A DNA stretch of 64,000 nucleotides from Felis catus (GCF_018350175.1 NC_058368.1:77254001-77318000); one strand, 5' to 3'. Numbered from the stretch's first letter, positions 35,582 to 48,988 are shown. The notes: generated by a model not told the origin, from the sequence alone. Translations and numbers: made by a program.

Positions 35582-35730
35582 TATTTTTATTTTGAGAGAG
35601 AGAGGCAGGAGGAGAGGAAATCTTAAGCAGGCTCTGTGCTGAGCGTCGAGCTCGATCCCATGACCCTGGGATCATGACCTGAGCTGAAATCAAGTTGGAC
35701 ACTCAACCAGCTGAGCCACCCAGGTTCCTC
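35582..35730 (-). mobile_element. Can-SINE (shortened)
   Basis: GATCATGACCTGAGCTGAAATCAAG..CTGAGCCACCCAGG. Confidence 0.9.
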
Positions 35731-35750
35731 TTAAATAGTATTTTTTATTT

Positions 35751-35960
35751 AAGCCACCGGGAGGCTCAGTCAGTTAAGCGTCTGATTTTGGCTCAGGTCA
35801 TGATCTCACCATTCGTGAGTTCGAGCCCCGCGTCGGCCTCTGCCCTGACAGCACGGAGCCTGCTTGGAATTTTCTCTTTCCCTCTCTTTCTGCTCCTCCC
35901 CAACTCATGTTCTCTCTCTCTCTCTCCCTCTCTCTCAAAGTAAATAAACTTCAAAAATAT
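35751..35960 (+). mobile_element. Can-SINE, head-to-head with the preceding copy
   Basis: GGCTCAGTCAGTTAAGCGTCTGA..GTTCGAGCCCCGCGTCGG, CT body and tail. Confidence 0.93.
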
Positions 35961-37139
35961 TATTTAAAAATATTTGTTATCTTTTCCTCAACTCTGTTTA
36001 ATTAAACTATTTCATCATTATGTGTTGAGGGAAATCAGCATTCATTCATTTGTTCTCTGACCTTTCAACAACCGGCCTCTGATGTTTGTAAATTATAAAT
36101 TTGGGTTTTTTAAAATCTGTTTTGTGTTCCATGTTCTACAATAGCTACATCACTACAGCAATTTCTCTGTCTTCTCCCCAGTCATGGGCAGCACAACTAA
36201 GTTCTCTGATAGCTTTTCGTTGCACTTGGGGAAAGATAAAAGGGCCCATCAAATCTCAAGAGATGGATAGCCAATGAATCACAATATAGTTATGAGGCAG
36301 GTCGGAAGGATGATGTCTTGTTAGAACCCTCCCGGGGTTCTCTGGGATGGTAGGCCCTGGCACATTGCCTTCCACTGGGTCAGATGAACTTGCTCGTGAC
36401 CAGTGATTTGTAGGTTTCGCCATGCATGTTGGGCTTGGGAGTTCCCAGTGCAATTTTAGGAAAGCAATTATTCAAGCAAGCCATTACAGGAGGCAAACAT
36501 GAGCGTTGCTTGGTGGTCTGTGCCTTTTTGGCAAAGGCAGGGCCTCTGTGTATTGTCCCCGTTCTCGCCTTCACGTCTGCCCAGGGGTCAAGATGTCAGC
36601 TCATCTGTAGGCCTTGGCAGTGTCTCTGATGGTGCGAATCCCTTCAGAGAATCTTGCAACCTTCTCGTTTTCCAGTGAATCAGTCTTTGCTCTTTTCCTC
36701 CCCACCTCACAGAGCTTCCAGGATCAAGGAGGCACAAAGATCAAGGGGCCTGTGAGGACATACGTGGGGCTGTGGTGGGAGACGTATTGGGCGGGCTTTG
36801 GAGAGACCAGCGGGGGACTGGAGTTTTCTCTTCTAGAGCCCAGAGTTAGATAACAAATCACCCTTAAAAAGTGTCCATTCAAAACATGGTAAAACATGAT
36901 GGACAAAATGCACTCCTGGTCTTCAGGAAAACATAAAATGCTAAGGCTTCTACCCCACATTACTAAAAGGCATGTGGCCCGCACACCGTCTAAAAGAAAT
37001 GGTCTGGTGACTTCCCCGGACCCCTGGTCACATGACCTTTCCCCTGCACCCCAGCCTTCCAGACAGGATTTGCTCTTCAGGCTTTGAAAGGTGCAGCCTC
37101 CTTTCCGAATTTCATTTCAAATTCAGAGCTCTCGTTTGA

Positions 37140-37460
37140 TGCATCGTCTGCCAGAAACAAGCCACTGAGCCAGGTGACGTCCTCGCGCTGGGTCCTCTGG
37201 CTGCGCGGACCAGACGCGTCTCCTGGCCGCCTGTGTACGCGGGCAGCCCCGGGGGACCCCCGACACACCCCCTGCGCCGGACTGAGAGCCCTCCTTTCCC
37301 GCGCTGTTCACGGCTCTGCGGCACTGAGTGCTCTCACCGTTTCCAAACCTTCCCCAATGGCACCTGCGTTCACGGCCACGCGGCAAGTGGACGGAGTGCA
37401 CGCGCTTAGCCGGGAGTAGCCGTCGGGGTACTTGGTTGGGCTGGAGCTTCGGCTAAAGTG
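37140..37460. promoter_or_regulatory. Small orphan CpG island (candidate promoter or enhancer)
   Basis: About 30 CpGs hand-counted in about 300 bp of GC-rich non-repeat sequence, against a CpG-depleted background; TGACGTC at 37175. Confidence 0.65.
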
Positions 37461-38676
37461 GCTTAGGGGGGAAGCTGGTAAGCAGCAACAGTTCTCTACT
37501 TTCTTGTGCACAACAGCTGGCAGGAATCGGCTCCTTCTCCGAGCTCAGGCTGCTGCCGGCCAGCTGGCATGGAGCACGAAGCAAGCGAGCCAGCTACTTA
37601 ACAGCTGTATTACTGCGTATCTGTCTGTAGCACATACCATATGCCAAAGCCCGGAGTAGGTGGGGAGGGGATCCCTTGAAAAGGAGATTTTCAAAGCCAC
37701 AGAGAAAAAGCATTTTCTCCTATCGGGTCCATGCTTTGATCTCATAGCCCCATGCTCCTTTCCCCCCCCCCCCCTTCCTCACCCAATTTGGACGCCCCAC
37801 ATCCTTTAGAATTGACGCAAAATCGTCATGGAGCCATTCACTTGGTCAGCTTCAGGAAATCATTTTTCAGGTAACTGTAAAGAAACTGAACACCTGTATC
37901 CATTTTTTTTTAAAGAAAATCATGTAATCATTTAATTTGGGGGAAAAAGCTCTTAGGATGTTTAAAAATCATTTATTTATGTCTTCTCATTTCATCATAA
38001 TGCCGCATTTTGAACTGACTTTGACAAAAGCACGGAATAAGGACCTTCAGGAAATATTCCAAGATTTTCTTCATCTTCGTAATTTTAGAAGTTCATAATC
38101 GACAGTTAAGGAACACCATATCCCAACAAGCTCCTCCAAGGCTGTTCTTTCCTTTCCAAGGTCACGGGAGACCGTGAGAATCGGACTGTGGGCCAGTCGG
38201 AACAGATACTCCATTTTATAAAAGGAGATGCTCGGCTAAGGAAATGTGGATGCTAGAACGACGACCGTTTAGAGTAGTCAATCACTCCCAGAAATCATTT
38301 CCTGCTGGAAATGAGAGGAAAGTATTTTCCCACTCTTTGGTGAGCATCCCGAAATACAGATGGCCAGGGGCAATGGAAGAGGGAATGCAGACGGGCTGCT
38401 GGTGTCACTCAGAGAGGGTACAGCCACCCACTGACCCGGAGCCCAGCTGCACTGGGCAGGCGGTGGCCGTCGGGCACACGTTCGTCCTGCTGTATCTCCT
38501 CGGTGCAGACCTTGCCGCAGTCCTGGCAGAGGTGACGGCCAGAGCCAGATCTTCATGGCGCTTTCCCCCCGTATCCACGTTTTACCTTGGTAGTTCTGAG
38601 TTTTTCCTCCATTCCCTCTACTGTCTCACATGTATATGCCACTTTACTGTTTTTTTAAAAAAAATGCCTATTCGTG

Positions 38677-38898
38677 GGGGGCCTGGGTGACTCGGTTAAG
38701 CTTCCAACTTCAGCTCAGGTCACGATCTCACAGTCCGTGAGTTCGAGCCCCGCGTCGGGCTCTGTGCTGACAGCTCGGAGCCAGGAGCCTGCTTCGGATT
38801 CTGTGTCTCCCTCTCTCTCTGCCCTTCCCCTGCTTGTGTTCTATCTCTCTCTCTCAAAAATAAATCAAATAAATAAACATTAAAAAATTTGAAAAGGC
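38677..38898 (+). mobile_element. Can-SINE
   Basis: Head with a small deletion, body and A tail. Confidence 0.95.
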
Positions 38899-39301
38899 AA
38901 AAAGTGGCTATTTCATAAAATATTTCATTCAAAGACACGTTCAGTGTAGAAAATGATGGTGTCCTTTGGAAAGAGACACACGCTGGAGCAGAACTGACCT
39001 TGTCAGCACTGTTCAGTGACGGGTTTTATATTATCCTAAATACAAACAGGGAGCCACGTGACATGGTCTTTGCATGGCGTGGTGTTGGAAAAGGAGTCCC
39101 ACTATTGAGCAGTAAATAAAAAGGAATTCTAATTTTTACTTTCATTTCTCAAAGAACATTAAAAGGAATTCATTTTGCAATTTTCAGCAACACTTCTCAC
39201 AAACTCCTTTTCTCCATCTTCCAATTGTTTACTCATTCTCCAGACTGTGAATCACAAAGAATCTAGGTTGGCAGAATCTTTTGCTGACGTCATAGGTGCA
39301 A

Positions 39302-39323
39302 TGTGTGTGTGTGTGTGTGTGTG
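39302..39323. repeat. (TG)11 microsatellite
   Basis: Read directly. Confidence 0.95.
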
Positions 39324-39612
39324 CGCGGGCAAGTATGTGTGTATACGTACATATAAGTTCCATTTCAACTTACTCTCCAAAAAGTCTATAACGAATACAT
39401 TAAAAACATGCCCCAAATAACATTATTGCTTATGGGAGAGGCAAAGTCTTTGTCCTAGATATGAGTCTCCAGAGTTTAGGGAATCCAAAGGAATATATGA
39501 ATATGGTCAATCGAGTCAGTAGAGCCCCAAATGTGGGAAGTGTCCCCTAACGCATCTCTAGAGGACATTATGGGATATACAGAGGCAACAGGGACAGTCT
39601 CTGTAGCAGAGA

Positions 39613-40035
39613 TGTTTTTGTCTGCTGGGGCTCCCATAATTAACCATTTAAGCCACCGGGTGGCTTAAACAACCGTGATTGAACAATTGTGGCTTTAGTT
39701 AAGCAACTGTGATTTTCCCTCCAGTTCTGGAGACCGGAAGCAGGAGATCAAGGTGGGAACAGGGTCAGGTTCTGGTGTGAGATCTCCTCCTGGCTTACAG
39801 ACAGCCGCTTTCTTGCTGTGTGTTCACAACGGCAGAGACTGAGATCTCAAGAGAGTTCTCTAGTGTCTCTTCTTGGAAAGGCACTAATCTCGTCGTGAGC
39901 ACTCCACCCTCTGACCTCTGACCTCATCTAACCTTAGTTGCTTCCCTAAGACCCCATCTCCAAATACCATCACGTTGGGGGTTAAGGCTTCATCATGAGA
40001 GTTTTGGGGAGGACACAAGCTTTCAGTCCGTAACA
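39613..40035 (-). mobile_element. MLT1A-like MaLR solo LTR
   Basis: GGGTGGCTTAAACAAC..CAGTTCTGGAG..GACCTCATCTAACC..CCCCATCTCCAAATACCATCACGTTGGGGGTT..TTCAGTCCGTAACA. Confidence 0.92.
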
Positions 40036-41726
40036 GAGGCCATCCATCATTCTTTCTCAGTAAGGATTCCTGGCTTATGAAATATTTGGTGGGGAGTTTC
40101 CAGGGACACACAGCTTTGTTTCAGTCCCCGAGCACCGAGGTGGCTACGTTGCACTGGCCACGTGATCCACGTACAGGTAGCACAAGTGCCCTTTTGGCAT
40201 CCCCTGAGGTAAAAGGTCATATTATTCTAGAAACGGCAAGAAACCCTTCAACCCCATATGTTATTTTCAGTTCAGGGCAGATGATAGGAAAAAGAGGCCT
40301 ACACAGAAATTAAAAGAAAAACAAATTCAAAACAGATGTCAGGAAATACTTTGCTCCCCGGAGGAGGAAAAAAAATAGATGAGAGGAATATTTAAACAAG
40401 GCAGTTTACTGAGCTGAGAAACTGGGCTCATCATTTAAAAACCAGGACGGGGTGCAGGGCTGTGGGTGGGGGGGGCACCCTGACTTTAGAACGAGAAGCG
40501 TGACCTTCCATGGCTGAAGACAAACCCGGGGTGCATCAGTCCCATTGCTCACGCTACCTGCCCCCGGGTTTCCATCTCTCCTTGGGTGTGTGAAAACGTG
40601 TGCTCAAGTTGTGTTTAGGAGACAGGAAACTCAGGTGTTAGCAGCAAACAAATCTGTCCTACAGACCTCGGTGGCGGGGCGTTTCATTAGGTTGGGAGCC
40701 CCCTTCACCTGCATTTCCACTTTTGATCCCACCACACCGACGGAGCTTTCCAGATGAAGGTCTCAGAGCTGGTTTCTGAATGACTCCGGGTTTACAGATC
40801 AGAATTTCCTGAGTGAACATCGCTGGGGGAGGTCCTCACTCGGCTGCGGGTTTCACAAGCTGCAGCTTCCAGGCTGAGAGTAGCGTGGGTTGAGAAGCTA
40901 AGGGAAGCGTTGAACCAAGAAAATGGTTTCATTTTAGAAATTCGAGTGCAAGAAAGCCAAACATTTTTAAGCTCCTCAGACACATCCTCGTGGGTGCCTT
41001 CACCTCTGCATCAAACCACTCTTCAAAATGGCTCAAGACGTTAGGCTGCCTAAAAATGATGGATAAGTGGCATTAGACTTTAGAGAGGGGAGGGTTTGAT
41101 AAATTCTGCACGAAATTAAAAAAGAACAAACAAGCAAGACACCATAGTCCCTGATGGGACGATGTTCACAGTGTAGCGGAAAGTCAGTGGAGTTCTCGGG
41201 GGCCCAGAACAGTGGGTCCTGACAGAATTTCACACAAAATGCTATCTTCTTCAGTGACGTGGTCCCAGGGCTTAGCGGGGAGACTTGGCGCGTCGTAAGT
41301 GCTCTGTAACTCACCTGGAAGGAATAAATATTCCACGATTTTAGTCTTTGTTCAGATTACTTCTGCTTTTCTTTCCTTTTCTTTTTTTTTCCATGCAGCA
41401 CACTATTATTTGACACATCTAGCATCAGTTATAACACCTTATCTGGAAGCCTTCCCGAACAGATTCCCTGCTTCTACTGCCACCACCACGCAAGGATTTG
41501 TTGTTGTCTCTTTTGAGCTGCCATAAACCTTTGGCCATGCTGTTCTTACAGCAATTAGAGTATTGCGTTGTGATGATGTGTCTATTGGTGTCACTCCGCC
41601 ACAGAAAACACCTGCTGTCGGGGATCAGAATGTGCTATTGCGTTGCTCATCTTCAAACCTGAGCACATTTCCTAGAATAGGGTTAATAGCCAAATAAAGT
41701 TTATTGAACTGAAGTGGTCCGGGAAA

Positions 41727-42232
41727 CGTCTTAGTTTGGGTTCACTCAAAAAGGGAGCCGGAGATAAGATCTTGGGGGTCAGGGAGTCTATTTGGAAGAT
41801 GATTCCAAGAGTGAGGGCATGGGGAAGGAAAAAGCCAGTAAAGTGTGTGTCATTGAAAAGGCCAAGAAAAAGTGGTTATCACTGTGAGCAATGGGGCTCA
41901 GATCCTCTGGAGACCCACCAACAAACAGCATCTCGTGGAATCCAGAACTCTTCTCTGAAGGAAGGCAGGTTGGGGCATTTGTCTACCCATCCCTCCAACC
42001 ACCAGTAATGGTTGTCCCAGGGAACCACATCCCCAATTTCTTGGATGCCCAGACTGGGCGTGCTCTCAAGGCTTTGGGGGAAGCATAGAGACAAAAAAAA
42101 AAAAAAGCTGAGAGCCACTCAGAACTGAATGTGGAAGGAAGCTGTCAGAAAGTGGAGAGCTGTCCATCCATCTGCAGCTGAAGCCAGAGGTGGGCAGAGG
42201 AGGCATGGTGTGGAGTGTGCTAGCATCTGCTC
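41727..42232 (-). mobile_element. ERVL solo LTR (LTR33-like)
   Basis: GTCTTAGTTTGGGTTCACTCAAAAG..CTATTTGGAAGATGATTCCAAG..CACTGTGAGCAATGGGGCTCAG..AGCATCTGCT. Confidence 0.72.
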
Positions 42233-43949
42233 AGCTCCCAGCAAGAGCTTGTTGAATGGACAAACCAAGGAGTGAGTGAGAGAAAAGGCTGGAGAGTGTT
42301 GTGAGTGGATGGGCAGGTTGTGTCCAGATACTATCCTGTGATGAACACGGAGGGATACATTTCCTGGATGTGTCCAGTGGTCTCTCTTCTCTCCTCCGGG
42401 CTGACATGACAGCAACCCGTAGAGGGTCACAGGGGAAGAAAACACAGAGCCCCGAGCAGATTGACGACTGCATATGTGTGTTTTACAGAAGCAGGAGGAA
42501 ACAATAGAACATCTTTCCTCAAAGACCTTACAAGGGCATGCTCCCATGTGTTACATTTTCCCGGGCTTTCTAAGTTCCCATGTGCATAACTATCAGAACC
42601 CTAAGATCGCCTATGAAGTCATAGAACTAGTCTAAAATTCTGTGGCATAATCCATCTGGGATCTTTGCAAACCTTTAGGTGTTTATTTACTAATCCTAAT
42701 CACACTGGTCTGCCTGGACCAGAGTTCACCTTACAGGTAGGAAATATCGAATGCAGAAAGGAAAAGATTCAGGATTCGTGATTACGAGAAAAGCAAGTTT
42801 CCTGATGCTTAATTTTACCACCATCAACTAAATTCAACAACAATCCTGAGTCAAGCGAGCACATTGGTGCATGTAAGTCCACGTGAAGGACCTTGCTGAA
42901 AAGGGCCAATGAAAATTGGCCAGTCTGGTTTCAGATTGAAACCATCTGAAAGATGGATGGCCCCTTTGTGGCAGACTTTCGTCAGATGATTTTATTTGTA
43001 GAATACTTTTGCCCTTATATTATGTTTGACTTTGCAGTGAGAGGCAACTTGATATTTTACTTGGTAGAGGATTAACTGATTTAGAATTTAAAGATTGGGA
43101 TTACACAAAAGGGTGTGAGTGATATTTAAACAAGAGAGGATCTCAATGATTTGGAATGTTTCCTAGCTGGAGATATAATGCTGCATTTTAAAAATAAAAT
43201 ATTATGTTTTCTACAAGAAAAAATAAGATTCGTGCACGCTGGCCATCTCCAGGTTGAATGGGAAACAAATGAAATTTTATATTCTTAAGCAAGAACACAT
43301 CATATTCTGCAAGTATACACTGTACAACAGGGACCCACTCATGCGATGGCATTGGGTCACTTTGGGCTCACTAGTGACTCAAACTTAATACTTGGGACAT
43401 TAGTGAACGAGAAGACCCTGTTTATTTCCCAGGAAATAGGGAACGCAATGTATGGGGAATAGCAAGTGATTCTGGAAGTTTGTCTTTGAGGACGTCTTCA
43501 CAAGCCCGCTGTATCAGAACAGCTTTATTGGTGGGAAACTTCAGTTGAATCTGATCATACCCTCAGTGGTGACCTTCTCATGGATAAACCCAAGCTGTAT
43601 AAATAATGATGCACTAGGTAATAAAGACTAAAGCTGTTTAGAAAAGATAAATTCTGTTGTGTTAGAACAGAAGAGTCAATAATTTATTTGGTCTGGAATA
43701 CATTCTACGTATCTGCAGAGGCCAAGTAGGGTTGACCAGGGACTTGATATTTATCCTGCTCTTAAGAGAACAAGACCATGAGAAGACGCTGGTGAAGGAG
43801 TATTGAGTTATTTAAATTCATGTGAAATCAAGACACAAAGTGCTGGAGGGTTCATTCTCCCCTGAAGGCTTGGGAAGACCCATCCCAGTCACCCTTCTGG
43901 TCCTGGTCTTAAATGGGCCAGAGAGAAAAAAAAAAAAATGATCATTTTA

Positions 43950-44160
43950 AGGAACCTAGGCTGTTAGGATTAGAAGGGGCCTCAGTATTCAAGTTTAATA
44001 GCTCATGTGGAATTTAAGACCTTCCTACATTATCCTTTTCAATGGTCTTTGGGGGTGTGCTTGAGTTTAAGCAGTATTGAAGCATCTCATACCTCCTAAG
44101 ATTGTTTCTTCTGTATTGAGAGGAATGATTTCTCTGACAGTTTGCAATTCCTTGAGTATT
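43950..44160 (-). mobile_element. L3/CR1 3' end fragment
   Basis: GCTGTTAGGATTAGAAGGGGCCTCAG..TGCTTGAG..CTCATACCTCCTAAG resembles the L3 3' end. Confidence 0.5.
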
Positions 44161-44691
44161 TCCCCTTATATGCCTAGATATTCTTCAAATGTAGTCTGAG
44201 GGCATTCCAGAAATTATCTTAAATTATACATTCCCAAAATGTATCTTAAAAGTACAGAGTATTAAATTCTCCATTAAATAAATTATGCAACTCTTAATGC
44301 AGCTGAAGACCAAATCGATCAAATTGGAGTGGGTTTGGCAGTCAGTCACATTGCACTGTTGATTTATAAAAAGCTTAATCTACCTATGCCCCCCCCTCCC
44401 CCCCATGGCTGTTTTATGCCTATTACCACTGGGACATCAATTCTCAATTGCCTCCTCATAGAAAAAGTTTTAAAAATAGAATGCTGTCTACTAGTTTGGA
44501 TTCCAGTGGGCAATTTTATCACATTCTAGGCTTGCATTCTAGACCCTATGGCTTGCATATACCTCTTTCTGCCCTCCCTGGCCCGGCACACCCAGATGAT
44601 ATGGCTGGAATGTGGCAGGGGCCTGCGTCCTTCCTCTGCCCTGCGCTGTGTTACCTTGGTGATGAGTCATCGTCCCCACACATCTTCAGAG

Positions 44692-44879
44692 CTGTAGTCC
44701 TCAACATCTGGCAAATGTCCGAAGACATTTTTCGGTGCCACAACAGGGGTGGGCATGGAACTGGCATCCAGAGGGTGGAGGCCAAGGATGCTGCTAATAT
44801 CTTGCAGTGCACAGGCCGGGCCCCAGCACGGTGCATTCTACAGCCCACAGCCTCAGCAGAGCGGAGTTCACAACCCCTG
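44692..44879. mobile_element. MER20 hAT-Charlie element
   Basis: TGGCAAATGTCCGAAGACATTTTT..GCCACAAC..CTGGCATCCAGAGGGTGGAGGCCAAGGATGCTGCTAA..TGCAGTGCACAGG. Confidence 0.9.
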
Positions 44880-45783
44880 ATGCTGATCATTTTTACCATC
44901 AACAATATCAATGACGTGCCCTCCTGTGTGCCTCGCGATACGTAAGAGTTGGATTTAGTCCTTGACCTTGGGGCATTTACTCTCTAAAACAGCTAATCCC
45001 TATCAGGGAGGTGTAGAATGTGTTGGGGGAGAGCACAAGAATGAACACGAATGTGTTTGCCCCTGTGTTTCACGCCGATACATTCAAAAGGAAGAGCTGT
45101 GACAATCTCCGCGGAGAGATGGGGTGTCAGAAAGTTCTTTTAGTTTGATTCACAGTTAAACCCAGACGAGTCACAATTGTGAATCCAAATGCAAGTCTCA
45201 GGTGCTGGTCTCTATAATGTGGACTCTATTATAATTTATAGGACTCAAGTGCCTACAGTTCGGTGCCCCCCCCCTTTTTAAATTCACGTAACATTAATTG
45301 CAACTTCAGAGAGAGAAAGCTTCCTGTAAGGCTTCACCCCGTATTTTATTTTATTCCTTAATATGAATTTACCAATGCGGTTTCAAATTTCAGGTGGTTT
45401 GACTTCTCTCTCGCAGACCCAGCGTGATTTACATCTCAGGTAGCTCCTATAAAAATGAGTGCTTTCCGTGGAAGCGTTGATTACTCACTGTGGTAGATGA
45501 TCCTGATGGGTTTGTGAAGGAACTTGATGTTCTCTACCTTTCCCAGCGCTACCTGTTTTTATTGCCGGGTTTTCCCTTCAAATTTAAAATTTTGAGGGAA
45601 GTGCTCAGATGCATTCATTGATATCTGGCCTGCCTCTTCCGAAAACTTTGCCTCCTGCCAGTCTCCGTTCCAGCCCCTCTCACTATTTTCATGCTTAGAC
45701 CGAAGAAGCAGTGAATGTGGAGTTTATTTCAGGAAGTGTTAGGATTGAAGAGGTCAGGAGAACCAGGAAGAGGTAAATGTTTT

Positions 45784-46008
45784 GCTTTGTGTTTTCATTT
45801 TTTGTTAAGTTTATTTTTTTTACGAGAGAGAAAAAGAGAGTGTGTGAGTGGGGCAGGGGCAGAGAGAGAGGGGGACACAGAATCCGAAACAGGCTCTAGG
45901 CTCTGAGCTGTCAGCACAGAGCCAACATGGGGCTCGAACTCATGAACTGTGAGATCATGACCTGAGCCAAAGGCAGACGTTTAACCTACTGAGCTACCCA
46001 GGCGCCCC
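45784..46008 (-). mobile_element. Can-SINE
   Basis: Ends GGCGCCCC; degenerate TSD AG(A/G)GGT(A/G)AATG. Confidence 0.95.
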
Positions 46009-47058
46009 AGGGGTGAATGATTTTAATGGTGGGAACGATAATTATGGTGAATCGTTGTCAGGAAGTGTTGGTAGAATTGGAGATGTTGAACAAGCAGTAA
46101 GAAGAAAGAATGGGGTGAAATCCTTCCCAGGTGAAGGGGTGGGTGGGGGGAGCCTGAGTTTTCAAGAGGGCTTCCCTTCTATCATAACAGGAATGAAAAA
46201 TAAACACGGATTCAGAGGCCTATAAATCAATATACGTGGTCTTTGGATGTTGAAGGGGTTCAGCTCCTTCTTAATATTTTTGTTTTCTGTCTAGGAGATG
46301 ATGAAGTTGTCTGCTGAGAATCCAGAGCTAATTAGGGGGGGAAGCATATCAAGTAACAGGGAAGAATATAAGAGACGGCCTTTGGCCTTGAAAAGTTTTC
46401 ATGTCTATTGAAATTTAGCAAACGATAAAGGGACACTTGATAAAGTCAAACAAGGCTGCATTTTAAAGACTCCATCAACGTGACAATCACAGCTCAGACT
46501 ACTGGGTATGCTGACGACACAGCAGAACCCAAGAGTCACGTAGGGAGGTAGAGACCACAGAGCACTTCATCACCGATTGGAAACGTGTATGTGTGTGTGT
46601 GGGGGGGGTGCTGTGAAGTTAGGGAATTTTGAAGTTCCTCTGGATCTGATCTGAGTGACTGCTCCGGCTTGGGCAAGCTGTGTGACTTATAAGTGAGGAC
46701 TTCCCATTTCATAGTTGGGTCTGCAGGTCAGGGAGTTTGCATGAGAAGTCGTGGCATTAAACCAAAGCATCCCTTTAAAAGACACCAATTGGGGAAATGA
46801 GGCCAGCACAGGAGACAGAGGTAGGTGGAAATTCGGGAGGGTGTAGAGATATGGAAACAAAGGGAACCAGCTGCCTCACGGTGAGCCATCGGCTGTGCTT
46901 AGCAATGTATTACTTGTTTGTTTTCTTTCTGTTAAAGAAGACACAAAAATTTGTTAAGCTGGAGGCTCCACAGAACTGAGATCAGCCCCTGATCTTTATC
47001 ATTACTCATGAAAAGAGATTGATGGACATAACATTTGTATTTAAGAAAATCATTAAGC

Positions 47059-47211
47059 GGGGCGCCTGGGTGGCTCAGTCAGTTAAGTGTCTGACTTCAG
47101 CTCAGGTCATGATCTCTCGGTTCCTGAGTTCGTGACCCGCGTGGGGCTCTGTGCTGACAGCCTGGAGCCTGGAGCCTGTCTCGGATTCTGTGTCTCCCTC
47201 TCTCTCTGCCC

Positions 47212-47263
<52 letters not shown>

Positions 47264-47291
47264 AATAAATAAACATTAAAAAAATTGTTTA
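47059..47291 (+). mobile_element. Can-SINE with expanded (CT)n
   Basis: TSD AAGAAAATCAT(T/G)AAGC. Confidence 0.96.
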
Positions 47292-47651
47292 AAGAAAATC
47301 ATGAAGCATGACTTTGCTATGTGTAAATTTAGTTCTATTCAATGACTTGTTTTTTCTCATCTTTAGAAAGCATTCAGTTAAAGAAAGAAGCATATGTCTT
47401 AAATATTAAGAAGTACCTTATACATCCCACGGTCGCCTACTGTCCCTCTCATGGTGTCAAGATTGCACAGCGAGGTAGTAACGCTCGCTCACATTTGTCA
47501 TGAGAGGAATGTGTCCCTCAGTCAGCTGACACAAGCAATACGTCTGGGTTGTGACTAGTTTAAAATGCAAACCTCTAAAAGCAAAGCTGTGCAGGTGGGC
47601 AGCAAAATATTGGAGGGAAAGACATGAGCTACTTTTCTTAAGAATGCACTT

Positions 47652-47864
47652 GGGGGGCATCTGGGTGGCTCAGTCGGTTAAGCGTCCAACTTCAGCTCAG
47701 GTCACGATTTCACGGTTTGTGGGTTCAAGCCCCGCGTTGGGCTCTGTGCTGACAGCTCAGAGCCTGGAGCCTGCTTCAAATTCTGTGTCTCCCTCTCTCT
47801 GCCCCTCCTCTGCTCACTCTCTTCTCTCTGTCTCAAAAATAAATTAAAAAAATTAAAAAAAAAA
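47652..47864 (+). mobile_element. Can-SINE
   Basis: TSD AAGAATGCACTT. Confidence 0.96.
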
Positions 47865-48379
47865 AAGAATGCACTTAGAAGTCAATCCTTAGAGTCACAG
47901 GTTAGACAGCATGGTGAAAATCAAGACTGAATGGTAAGTTTCGTTTGTTAGACACAAATGAATGTGTATTCCAAGCAGCAATGCACAATGTGAAGGAAGT
48001 TCCTTTTATGGTTCATTTCAGGAGACCACTCTAAAGACTGGGAAACTAAATAGCCCATTGTTTGACGTTTGCAGGAAGGACTTAGGATGAAGTAGCTCTT
48101 TTGACGCTTTTGACCTCGTACATCAGGCTTTACTCAGACATACCTGTCTGCATGCGAGCAAATGCACCAGCAAAAAAGTCAGTAAACTCACTCCCCACAG
48201 TGTCTGAGTCTGGGTCCTCTGAGGTCAGGGCGCAGCCCTGTAGCACCCCACCCCCCACCTTCATAGCACAGTGAGCAGGAGGAGGGCGCACTGGGGCTTC
48301 AGGTGACCCTGGAAGAACAGCCAAGAGACCGCACCCTGGATCGAGACGGGTCGGGGGGGGGGGTGGCGGGCAAGGGAAA

Positions 48380-48689
48380 GTGCAGTTGGCTTGGGCTGCC
48401 ATCCCAGAGTATCATAGGACAGATATTTCTTTCTCATGGTTCTGGAAGCTGGGAGCCTGAGATCACGATGTCACCATCCAGGGGGTTCTGGTAGGTCCCC
48501 TTCCAGGCTGGTAGATGGCAGTCTTCTCACCTTGGGCTCTGGTGGAGGGAGAGCTCTGGTCTCTCTTCTTCTTCTGAGAAGGGCACCTCCTCTGTCACCT
48601 CCCAAAGGCCCCACCTCCTAGTATCATCCCAAGTGGGGGAGGCTTTCACATGTGGATCTGGGGGAGACGTGAACACATGGTCCATCACA
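48380..48689 (-). mobile_element. MLT1A-like MaLR LTR (internally deleted)
   Basis: TTGGGCTGCCAT..GTTCTGGAAGCTGGGAG..TCACCTCCCAAAGGCCCCACCTCCTA..GTCCATCACA. Confidence 0.82.
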
Positions 48690-48765
48690 AGAAGCCAGAC
48701 CAGAAGCAAGAAACAGAGCACTACTGAAGTTGGCACAGTCTATGCATATACAGTATTATTCCATT

Positions 48766-48988
48766 CTATTTGTTTATGTATGTATGTATGTATGTATGTA
48801 TGTATGTATCTACTTGTTATTTTTGCAAATTTATTTTGGAAAGAAAGCGGCGGAAGGGCAGAGACAGATGGGAATAGAATTTTGTTCTGACAGCAGCAAG
48901 CCCAAGGAGGGGCTCCGACTCACAAACTGTGAGATCGTGATCTGAGCTGAAGTTGGATGCTTAACCGACTGAGCCACCCAGGTGCCCC
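48766..48988 (-). mobile_element. Can-SINE with a (TATG)n tail
   Basis: Ends GGTGCCCC; TSD AG(T/C)ATTATT(C/T)CATT. Confidence 0.9.
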
